A stretch of DNA of 64,000 nucleotides from Lama guanicoe (Eukaryota). Positions 50,759-61,230 of this stretch are shown here, one piece after another (the stretch's first letter is position 1; the number at the start of each line of letters is the position of its first letter). The notes beneath the pieces were generated by a model. It made no database searches. It saw only the letters and a program-made list of their open reading frames with translations, and had not been told where the DNA came from. Where the stretch lies: positions 8,899,095 through 8,963,094 of the forward strand of contig MU054391.1 of assembly GCA_013239625.1 (NCBI GenBank), in the 5' to 3' direction. The position numbers and the translations under genes are program-made.

Positions 50759-52219
50759 CAGAAGTTTTCTGAAGAGCTGTAGGAAACAGGTTGCTGAGGT
50801 TCTAATGAAGGCAGCAGCATTGGGCAACAGATGAAGGGGGTGAATTGGAGAACATTCAGGAGACACAACCGATAGAAAGTGGTAACTGGATGTGGGTTGC
50901 AAGGAAGGTGGAAATACATGACTCGTACGCTTGGGTGAAAATGATGAGACTAAGACAGGGAATGGCTATACCTGATGCATTTGTCTTAATTGTTATTTAT
51001 TTTTCAGCCTTCTCAAGAGAATTGTCCTCATCTGCTTTCCCTTAAGTCCTTGAACCCGGTGAATGGGGAAAAAAATTACATCCACTTTCCGATCGATCTG
51101 GTTAGATACAGGGCAGAACTTCTAAGTGTGCACACATCCCTCTAACGAAACTGCCTTCTTTCACTTGGAGACCTCGGGCCGGTGAGGGGAGGGTGCCTGG
51201 TAACGTGGGAGGCAGCCGTCTGATTTTACCTCCCGGCTTAGTCCGGCAGTAACTCACCAGCTATGGCCAGTGGTGTGTCACAGCTGCTGTTGTCTTTATA
51301 ATTACGTTTACTCAAGTGGTCAAGTGGGTGTGACTGCCAAGTGCTCCCTGCCTCTGGCGTCTTTACCTGTGAGGTGGATGGAGCGGTTCTCAGGTGCCCT
51401 TACAAACCTGTTATAAATTACTTTCACTGAGCTAAGGTCAAAGGCAGGGGAAGAACAGAAAGTGACAACACTGAGGATTTATAGGACCCCTCTCCTCCAA
51501 GGAGACCAAGTACTTCAAATATATGATCTAATCTGCCCTCCTCTGACGCCCGGGATGTGGAGGGCTTGTGGGGAGGCAGCAACGAGAGGCAGGTCTGAAG
51601 CCTTTGGTTAGCAACCTTGAATTATCCGTAAGGCCATATGCTTTCCTTCTCTCTCGTTTTTCTTTAGGTTTTTCTGTTTTTGTTTGGGACACTGAAGCTG
51701 ACTGGCTTTTTGTTTCCCTCCTTCAGTCTGAAGGGGCTGAGCAGGATGGTGAGAATGATTCCGTATTTAATGAGGTGCCTTTGATTCAGTCCCTTGAGGA
51801 AGCAACATGCTGATATGATACCAAAATGTACATTAATTATCAGGCTAAATAAACAAGCAAACTGTGAGGTTGAGAAGTCTATGATGAGGTTATTTCTGAA
51901 AAGGAAATTAAATATTGAAGATAAATGATTACGGCTGGAATACATCCCCAAGATTGGTTTTTATGCATTTGTGTTCTCCCAGGGTTACGTGAAACTCTCT
52001 AGTGAGTGGGAGTTCTCTCTCATGCTGCTCCAAAGACAAGGAGAGGTTTTACAGGAAACCGTGGCTGATGGTACCCATCGAGTTGTCCAAGGTCACACAG
52101 GAAGCTGATGGGAGCCGGGACCTTATCCCAGGCTTCCTCACTTTCCTTCTGCGTTTCTTTCTGTGCACTTTTGTGTGCGGCTCCTTCTGCTCTGCCTGAA
52201 TGTGGCTTCTGTTGTCATT

Positions 52220-52375
52220 TGTTGCTAATGGTAGAAAGAAATACCACAAAGGCAAAGGAGAGCAATAACAGGATTAGAGGAATGACACAGGAGAAGAGAT
52301 TACAGGAATTTAATCTGTTACATGCCGCTCTGGGCAAAGGAGATAAAGGGAGGACTATTTACAAATTGTGCAGGG
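52220..52375 (+). mobile_element. Ancient CR1/L3 LINE ORF2 C-terminal relic
   Basis: Translation VERNTTK...IRGMTQEKRLQEFNL...TIYK resembles CR1 VQRRATK...GLSYEERLKELNL...TVYK. Confidence 0.5.
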
Positions 52376-53913
52376 TTGCAAGGGGAGGGAGGATCTGGGG
52401 AGCCCAGACCTGGCAGTGGGGAAATGAGCCTTGTCAGGACTGGGGCTTTCAGAAAAATCCCCCGGGGTGGCAGGAGCGGGCTGAAGACAAGGCAGGCGTC
52501 TTTCAGCAGCGACAGCCAAGAGTGAGGTCTTGAGGGAGTGGGTGAGGCGACCTAGAGACTTGCTAGTCCGCTGGGCAACATGTATGCGATTTTCAAATGA
52601 AAAACACTTGTGACAAAGATCCAACACATGGAATGAACTGCCCCTGGGGAAGACTAAATTACCAACGGGGCACTGTTTTCCTTGTAGCTTTTAGCATCCA
52701 GCTGATGGAGGTCAGACCCGGAGTGAAGATACTGACAGCCAGTACCTTTCCCCTTCTCGGGGCTGTGTTAATTGAGCTCCCTGGTCTCCCTGCATTAGAT
52801 GGAAATTCTGGAAGCTCCATCCTGCATGTGGGTAGGGAGTGTGCCATCAAACAATTGCGTGGAGCCCTAGTATTTTCAGAGACAGGCTTCCCATAACAGG
52901 CTGATGTATTTTATTTAATAAACCTCCTAATCTATTCTAAATTTCCATCATGTTCTCAACTCACAGCTTCAGAATGCAAAACGTGGCATACTGTTTATGC
53001 CTAGCAATGAAAATGCATGTGACTAAGGTATTTTCACCCTGGGACATCTAAATCTCCTGAAATGGACTTAAATTTTATTTTAAAGATAAAAAGTGTAGAA
53101 TGGCATTAATTGCATAAAATGCTACGCGCATCAGAAATCTGGGGCGTCGCCTGGAGCCAACCCATCATGATGCAGAGCGGCTCAGAGACTTCTGTCCTTT
53201 ACACAAGGCTGCACAAGAGTGATGGAGCTGAGGAGGGAGGAGCTGCTCACCAGATCATCGCGACTTTCTCTGCCTCACTTGCTCTGGCATGGGCTCCCCT
53301 TGTTTGGCAGCCCCGGGGGGGGGGAGTAATAACTAAAAAGATGCTATTTTAGTTAAAACACCATAGTTTCATATTTTGGAACAATCGTTCTCTTAGTCTT
53401 TATTAGTTCTTAGTGAAAATTGTAATGTTCAGTTTGAAATGGAAACTACCCAATTATATCTATAGCACTGTTGATATAATTGTTCAGCAGTAGTGTGATT
53501 AGTGTAGAAATATGGAGCTTTACTTAGTCACGAGAAGCAAGGGATAAAGCCTGAATACAGAGCTTTTCCTGGTGTGGGTTGCATTGATTTGAGAGCTCTG
53601 TTGAATGGTATTTCTTTTAGAAATAGCAATGAGGATCAAACTGAACTGGGTACAGAAAGTAAATGCAACCCTACCTAGATTTTTGCAATTACACAAACGC
53701 TTGATTTTTAAGAAACGTGCTGATGATTTAAAAATATTTCTAAAGCATGCCTCCAGTGAAGCAGTTTAAACCAGTAGTAACCTTTAATGAAATGAATTGA
53801 ACTATAATCTGATGGATAATTCCAACAGAAATTAAGCTGTGGTTATCAGAATGTTCTCTAAAACAAGCTGAACCAATTTAATGGTGGCAAGTAAAAGCGC
53901 TTTAGAACTTGAT

Positions 53914-54041
53914 TTTTTTTTTCTTTTTATATAGTTCCCTGTGCTATACAGAAGAAACTTGTTTATCTATTTTATGTATAGTGGTTAGTATCTGCAAATC
54001 TTGAACTCACAATTTATCCCTTCTCACCCCCTTCCCCAAGA
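53914..54041 (-). mobile_element. Short L1 3' UTR insertion, truncated at both ends, with perfect 11-bp TSD
   Basis: TSD tagaacttgat at 53903-53913 and 54042-54052. Body similar to 50160-50270. Confidence 0.9.
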
Positions 54042-54789
54042 TAGAACTTGATCTTATAAAATGAAATTATAAGAAGCAAAGCAATTACCAAACAAGTTTA
54101 TATAAATATAATATAGAGTTATTAAAAACAAAAGAAAAAGTAAAGAAAAAAGCAGACCAGCTAGATAAAATGCATTCCTCAATGAGTCACATGTTTAAAA
54201 AAAAAAAAAAAGGACCAACAGAGAAGAGCATGCCTGAAGGTTTCCTTCTTTAGCATTCAGTGTTTGAACTCATGTCGTATATATTTGGGGGATGTTCCAA
54301 AGAGAGCAAGGATTGGCCTTATTCTCCAATTTTATAAGAGGAATTTCTTACAGGTGAACTTATTTTGGTGTCACTGAGAGCCGGTGATCCTACAGTATGT
54401 GGATGTTTTTTTAGCTCAAGGCTTTAAGGTCAAATAAACATTAGTGTAGAAGGACCTCATGTTTGAAAATGAGCTCTCTGTAGTCTGTTAACACGGACAT
54501 GTGATATTCGCAAAATACAAAAGAATATCTCTGATGCGTGTCTTCACATCCTCCAAATTAGGGTTTCAGTGAAACATTAGCTGAGCCGTTGGTGAGTCTT
54601 CCTCTGTTCCGGTTTTACTTTTCTTCTGTTTTCATTTGGACTTTGTGGCTGACTGGTCTATTTCTATGTCCTACATTAGCCCATGTTGGACCTGGTTCAT
54701 GATATCAAGATGGACTGTAAAAGCTTTTGTCTCTCCAGTGCAAAGCCTCAGACTTTGTTGCTTTTTATTTATTTTAATTTCATTAGTAG

Positions 54790-55110
54790 AATGTTTTTCT
54801 TCCAGCTTGAATGAGATAAAATTGGCATCCAGCACTGTATATGTTTGAGGTGTACAGCATAATGATTTGACTTACGTCAGGAAGTGATAATCACAGTAAG
54901 TTTAGTGAACACCCATCATCTCATATAGATACAAAAATTAAATAGGGAAAACAATCTTTTTCCTTGGGATGAGACTCTATAGGACTTACTCTTAGCAACT
55001 TTCATTTATAACATACAGTAGTGTTCATTATGTTTCTCGTGTTGTACATTACAGCCCCGCTACTTATTTATCTTGTAACGAAAAGTTTGTACCTTTTGAC
55101 TACCTTTATC
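54790..55110 (-). mobile_element. L1MA9-like 3' UTR fragment
   Basis: 'ccagcttgaatgagataaaattgg...aggtgtacagcataatgatttga...aaagtttgtaccttttgac'. Confidence 0.8.
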
Positions 55111-55144
55111 CCGGGCTCAGACTTTAAAATAGAGTTTTCCTATA

Positions 55145-55545
55145 ACATCTTGCTTGTATGTGGCGTCTGAAAACGCCAAGCTCATAGAAACATCGTAGAA
55201 TGGTACTAGTCAGGGGCTGAGAGGCAGGAGAAACATGGGAGATACTGGTCAAAAGGTACAAACGTCCAGTTATAAGATGAATAAGTTCTGGGGAGCTAAT
55301 GTACAGCACGGTGACTATAGTTAACAATACTGCCTTATATACTTGAAGATTAGAAATAAAATTAGAGAATAGATCTTGAATGTTCTCCCTACGTAAAAAA
55401 GATACATGTGATGGATGTGTTAACCAACCTCATTGTGATCATAACTCTACAGTACATAGGTGTGTCATGTCATCACATTGTTACCTTAAACTTACACAAT
55501 GTTATATGTCAGTTATCTCAATAAAGCTGGGGGGAAAAAAAAGAG
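55145..55545 (+). mobile_element. L1MA9-like 3' UTR fragment
   Basis: 'ggtcaaaaggtacaaacgtccagttataagatgaataagttctgggg...atctcaataaagctggggggaaaaaaaa'. Confidence 0.85.
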
Positions 55546-56463
55546 CCAAAAAAATGCAATAGTTTTTCTCAACTGCCTGTTGACTACTAGTTGATTTCCT
55601 CACCCTGCTTCACATTGATGGAAATATGGAAAATAACTGAATGTATCTCTTTCTGTGTGGATGATCTGTGCTTGCTGCAAAGAGCCAACCTTTCAGTACC
55701 AGTTTTTGATGAAAAGAAATTTATAAAGCTTCTTGATTTAGGTAGGAGAAAATGACTTCTTCCTAAAAGGACTGTAGTCACGTTCTTTATCCCACTAAAA
55801 AAAAAAGTAACAATGATATTATCTACTATGTCCCAGGTACTGATATGTGTTTAATATATGGAACTGGTCCTGGAATAGCAGAAAGTCAATAAACATTTGC
55901 TGAGATAATGAATAATAACCACCTCTTTACAACTAGTGACAACCATCTAAATGAGTAGCTGTGAGTCTCTTTTTCAACGTGGGGAGAGGAATTTAGAAAA
56001 GATAGACAATTTACTAGAGTTTACAGTCATAAAAAAAGCATAGCAATAGAATGAAACTTTGCTCTTTAAAATAGTTTCACTACTTATTTACGGTTACATC
56101 ATTTAGATTTCCTAAACCACTGCTGGTCCTGATGTTCAGCGGATGCTGACCGTTTACCAAAATTATGAGTGATGGCAAATTGCCATTTGAAATCTTTGAA
56201 CGTTTATCTTAAAAGTAATCACAAACACTCTGAAACCATCTGTATCTCTACTCCACTTAGTCAAAATCCATGCAGATTACACTTAGGGAGATTCTGTTTT
56301 TATTAACAAATTAATAGCATAATACATAGGAGAGTGAAGAGTGAGTAGGAGCTGCTCCTAAGCTCCTGTAGTAAATTTTGAAAACAAGGAATAATTGTCA
56401 GTTAAAGAATTTCATGAATACTCTCAATAGAGAGGGACCTGATTTGATAATTTAAAAAAATTA

Positions 56464-56514
<51 letters not shown>

Positions 56515-56515
56515 G
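56464..56515. repeat. Compound (TG)n(TA)n microsatellite
   Basis: Directly visible in the sequence. Confidence 0.95.
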
Positions 56516-57251
56516 TATTCCTTTATATCTTCTGTTCTTTTCTAGTAAAAGACGATGAGAGAATGAAATTTGAATGTAGAAGTAATTAATCTATTCTGAA
56601 CTTATAAAGGTAGTGCTACTTCTGCACTTCGAGGAAAATACTCTTAATGTGGATGAGTTGCAAGGAGATCAGTCTGAATTCTTGACAAGCCAAAAGCATT
56701 TTCATAGCAAAATAGGGAGAATTTGTTTCGGCAAGTGAGTCTCCTGATGGAAGGATGTTCCCGCGGCCTCACTCCTTGCCGACCTCTTCCTCTCCCACCA
56801 AAAACAGCTGTTTCCTCGTGGCAGTGGGCCCGCCGTTGCCCACAGCTATAAAAGCAGCCTCTTATTAGCTAATCAGTTATTAGAATTGATTGGTAAATAA
56901 GTGCTCTCTATAACCGAGGGAAGGAAATGAGATTCTATAGATTTCTCTCATTCCTCATTATGTGTGTAAAGTAATTTGGGTTTGACTCCTGCCTGGGCGC
57001 ACAACTTTGCTCCGTTTGCATTTTTCTCGCCTGACAGCTCTGCAAGGGCAGAAGCTCCCCAGTCTCTCCTCACGGTCCCGGCGCAGGTGGTTCTGCCTGG
57101 AGCTCGATCTTCCTCTCACAACTTTCTCTCGTTTCTAAGTTTCTCTTGCTTTCTCTCTCCTGGTTCAAAGAAGTCTTAGCTGTAGCAGTTGACCACTCAG
57201 ATGAGTCTTAAATGATGGGTTGGGGATGACCAGGGAAAGGTGTGGAGAAGT

Positions 57252-57339
57252 AGGGGCTGGGCTGACTTTGTGGGCCCTCGGCATTTTTGTCTTCATAGGC
57301 AGCTTCCTCCATCAGCCTTTCTCCTCCCCCATATATATA

Positions 57340-57370
<31 letters not shown>

Positions 57371-57515
57371 GATGGTATAAAGATGACTATAATCCAGGCT
57401 TATTACACTGACTTCTTCTCTGATGTTAAAAGAAATGAAAACGTTTTCATGGCCCCTAAATGTACTGTGGACTCTATGCACTGGGACCACTGTGTGTAAG
57501 GAATAGGTCAGCCCT
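57252..57515. mobile_element. MER96B-like hAT MITE containing a (TA)(TG)(TA) microsatellite
   Basis: Ends 'aggggctg' and 'cagccctg'; internal 'gtgggccctcggcatttttgtcttc', 'tataatccagg' and 'aacgttttcatggcccctaaa'. Confidence 0.65.
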
Positions 57516-57849
57516 GATGCAAAGAGCCATGAGGGCTTCTTAAAGAAGTACAGCAGAGTAAAGATGAGGTGGGAAGGAGGGGAAGAGTGAAAACCATTTC
57601 TTGGCAGCGCATGCGGGATGGGCCAGACAGCCTGGCTGAGGGGATTGGCATTTCTCTAAATGTTAGCCTGTGGCTGAAAATGCGATATTCAGCCAACTCA
57701 ACAAACACTTGATAAGGTTCTTTTTAATATCAAGGAGCCTTTGTGAATGATCTCATTTCGTTTTTACAGTGGCTTCATGATCATTGCTGCCTTCTTTATT
57801 TACGGATGAAATAGTGAGACAGGAAGGAGGGTCAGACTCAGGTGGTGAG

Positions 57850-57935
57850 GAATGTGCCCAGGAGCTGAATGCTAATAAGCACCCAAGAGCCTTCTGATGT
57901 AGATGGCCCACGGGCCACACTTGGAGAAACACTGA
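57850..57935. mobile_element. MER5-family fragment
   Basis: 'taataagcacccaag...ttctgatgtagatggcccacgggccacacttggagaaacactg'. Confidence 0.65.
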
Positions 57936-57954
57936 GTTTCCTGCGTTAGTTTGT

Positions 57955-58120
57955 TTCCTGGCTCAGAGTCACTTGTGTGTGAGGTTGTGAATATCAGTTA
58001 CCTCTCTGAATCTCTGAGTACTGGCTTCTTCATCTGTAGCAGAGAGGAGGGTCACCTGCAAGGATTGCTGTGAGGATCACAGGAGATAAAGCAGATTTAA
58101 ATACTGTCAATTATAAAACA
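57955..58120 (+). mobile_element. MIR SINE
   Basis: 'cagttacctctctgaatctc...ttcttcatctgtag...aggattgctgtgaggatcacaggagataa'. Confidence 0.7.
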
Positions 58121-58297
58121 CTGAATGAACTTCTCATTCTCTTGGCTTGAGGCCTTTTGTGGAATGGATGTGAAACATAAATATAGATAAACATATGTTT
58201 ATAACTAAATATATAAATTTATATATAATGCAGATGATTAGCGATAACCTTCTCTCTCCCCTCTCCCTCTCTGCCTCTTTCTCATTCTCGTTTGCAG

Positions 58298-58381
58298 AAG
58301 GCTTGGGACAGACACCAAGAATACAACCCAGACTGCTTTGAGAGATTCCCCTTGTTCAGACATAAAAAGGGCTTTGGCGAA
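58298..58381 (+). other. Putative internal exon (84 nt), probably 5' UTR
   Basis: A pyrimidine tract of ~45 nt, then TTTGCAG| acceptor (NAGNAG CAG/AAG), and donor GAA|GTAAGA. No ATG inside. Confidence 0.6.
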
Positions 58382-59289
58382 GTAAGAGATTCAACATGGT
58401 TGTTGGTACTTAGTTTGGACACTGGCTCTCATTTTAGCTCTGGGAGCCCGGTGCACTTGCTGTTAATTAACCAACATGCAAGAAGAGCAATATTTTAACA
58501 ACCCCATATGTGCTCCTCTTCTTTTGGGAAAAATGTACATACATCGAAGGGGCTTCAGACAACTTTTGTTCAATTGGTGTAAGGATCTCTGACCTCTGTC
58601 ATCAGAAGAATGTGACAAGAAGGTTAGAGTGCCAATAACTATGGGGACATAATAGCGGAGAATAAAATTAAGAACATGAGGAAAAGGTTTTATTTTTAAA
58701 CATTGATCGTCTGGTCATTGTCTCAGGGAAATTTCAAAATGGTTCTTTGAGATCAGGGCTAGATACAAGACTATTTTAAATGCACGTGGGTTTTTTTGTA
58801 TTCTGTTTGTTTTGTTTTGTTTTGTAAGAGGGGACCAGTTAATCCTCCCCCAGGGACCTACTCACAGTCTGTTAAACTTTTAAAGAGCATTTCATGGGGG
58901 CTTTAGAGCCTGCTACACTCAAAGAGGCACTTTTATGAAAGCTGCTTATGCTCTGAATTGATAACGATGTGGTTCACAGGCCAGCATTTTGAAAGTCTAT
59001 CCCCAAGTGAAAGAAGAATAAGCACTAATTTCAAAGTTTCTGTGGGTTTTTTTTTTTCGCCAAAGAGTGTGCTTATTTACATAAACTTTGACCACATCCT
59101 TGTGCTGCATGCTGTATTTTTATTTTGAAGTTTCAGACTGATGGTGCTGTACTTATCTGTATCTTTCCAAACATTTTTCAAGAGTTTATTTCTAGGGCAC
59201 TTCCACAGTAATTCAGAAAGGGAGAGGTGGCACATGATCTCTTCTCCATTACACAGTTAAGGAGCTGGAGGCCCTTAGAAGGAGATGCT

Positions 59290-59932
59290 ACTCTTACCCA
59301 GCCCAACTTGCTCTCCTCACCCACCGTGCAGCAAAGCCACTCTACTGACACCAGGTTGTGGTGAAGGAAAGTAGAGTGTTTATTGCAGGGCGCCAAGCAA
59401 GGAGAATGGGCAGCTCATGCTCAGAAGACCTGAACTCCCTGCTGGCTTTCAGGGAAGGATTTTTAAAGGCAACATTTGAGATGAGAGCTGCAGCTCATGG
59501 ACTTTCTTCTGATTGGTTGGTGGTGAGGTAACAGGGCGATGTTTCAGGAATCACCAGCCTTCTGGTTCCAACCAGCCTGGGGTCTAGGTGCTGGTCGTCA
59601 AACGCGTAGTCATCATTCTCCACCTGGATGTGGGTCTTGGTTTCTGCAGAACAGCTCAGAGACACACATCAGATTGTTATGCACAGCCCCTGAGGAGGAA
59701 CTAGGGCTCTGTTCTATGGCTGAACTATTGTTTAAGCTGTCGTTTCTTTTCTTGCTTGACTGCTTTTCCTTTGTTCCTGTGTTCCCTCATTTCTCCAATT
59801 AGTAACTGCTGGAGTTTGCTCTTTGGAACCCAGGAAAGGTCTAAGAGACTAAAGCCGTTTTCTACAAACAAGAAACAGGGACACAGAGGAACTTTTGTAC
59901 ACAGAAGGGCCCCATAGGGCCCTGCTTTTTCA
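59290..59932 (-). mobile_element. ERV1 solo LTR (MER4-group-like)
   Basis: On the minus strand: CCAAT (59512-16), TATA-like TTTAAAAA (~59460-67), then AATAAA (59379-84). Motif 'ccaagcaaggagaatgggcagctcatgctc...gacctgaactccc' is typical of laurasiatherian ERV1 LTRs. Confidence 0.82.
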
Positions 59933-61039
59933 ATCTTTGCTGAATGTCACAGTTTAATGTCACTAGCTGGGACTAGAAGCTGGTTGTCTTGATCCTCAGA
60001 GACATGGCTGTGGTTGGAGAGGTGGTTCGCAGTGGGGACGAGAGGAGCTTCAAAGTAGATGCCCTCCCAAGGCCCAGCCTCGAGTTCACGTCCTGCTTCC
60101 TCTCTGCCTCTGCAGGAGACCCAGCCAGCCGGTTCTCTTCTCTTGCATTGGTGACTGGGGTTGAGGCCTGTTTATCCCCGCTTGTCAGTAAAGGTGGTTC
60201 AGGTCTCTCAGCCTTGAGTGGCCTCCAACTTGCAGGATGACATCGGGAAGCTTAGGAGCACAAGGTAGAAAAGGGCTGTCTCCACCTGCTTCGGCTTTGC
60301 CTCCCTCACAACTCCAGGTTTTAGTCTGCTCCTTCTTCTGGGCTGCCAGTCCACAGGGCGAGCATCTCCAGTCAGCTCCAAGACCTGAGGCAGGCCCCAT
60401 GCCCCTGTTACTGTCACACTGGGTCTCTGCAACTTCTGACCCTCCCACAGAGGACACCTGGGCAGGTTGGAAAAACTGGAGCTAAGCATTCTCTGCACTG
60501 GAGGAAATGGTACCCATTTAAAACTCCCCAGGGGCTAATTCTCCTTCCCTCAGGGGAAGAAATGGGCTTCAGGCATTCTAATGCTTTTTTGTTTTTCAAC
60601 AAGTAATAATTTTGCTTCATTCAAACAACAGAGGAACTTGAAAAGTTCCTCAGTTTGGTTGCAACGTTTGAAAGGTATATTAGAAACGGTTTTAGCTCTG
60701 GGCAGGAAAACATGTTTTGACAGTTCAGAACTGAGTCAGACCTGCATTTGAGTATGCACTGAGCCTCCAGTTCAAAAAAAAAAAAAAAGATTCACTTTTC
60801 AATGGCAAAATGTGGAACTATTCCAACATTTTTTTTTTCCCTTCTCATCTTGGCTTTTATAAAATGAAAAGCTGCAACTTTAGGGCTCCATAATAATTAA
60901 CCTCAAACTATTCAGAAATGTTGTCATATTCCAAATAGTGATGCCTTTGGGGGTAAATGCTGAATTTTAATTCATTGTAGGGTAAAAATTGGATTTTACT
61001 GATTGTTGATCTTAAAAAATGTGCATATGTGAAGAACAT

Positions 61040-61230
61040 GAGATTTAGAATCAAGACAAGGATTTTGCTCCTGGCTTTGCCACCTACTAGCCTTGTCCCT
61101 CCGGGTAAACTCATTTATATTCCCTGGGTCTTAATGATGTGAACTGGGCCCATTATGTCTGTTTCAAAGACTTGTTAAGATTTTATAACATAATATATGT
61201 GGAATGTGTAATCTGTAAAATACTATAAAA
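61040..61230 (+). mobile_element. MIR SINE
   Basis: 'tttagaatcaagacaagg...cctggctttgccacctactagc...gttaagattttataacataatatatgtggaatg'. Confidence 0.7.

Larger units (their letters stand above)
49600..50960 (-). mobile_element. L2 relic split by younger insertions
   Basis: 'ccagcatggtgctgaatgctagg...ctcagtctagtggagg' on the left; resumes at ~50770 with 'gaggttctaatgaaggcagcagcattggg'. Confidence 0.6.

Noticed and set aside
51727..51748. Possible micro-exon (CTTCAG|TCTGAAGG...GATG|GTGAGA)
   Set aside because: Splice signals are plausible, but a ~22-nt exon cannot be supported from sequence alone.
52108..52533. 141-aa ORF
   Set aside because: Overlaps MIR-like and CR1-like relics, with no supporting exon structure or recognisable protein.
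60085..60160. Acceptor-like site CTCTGCAG at ~60115
   Set aside because: No convincing paired donor or recognisable coding frame.
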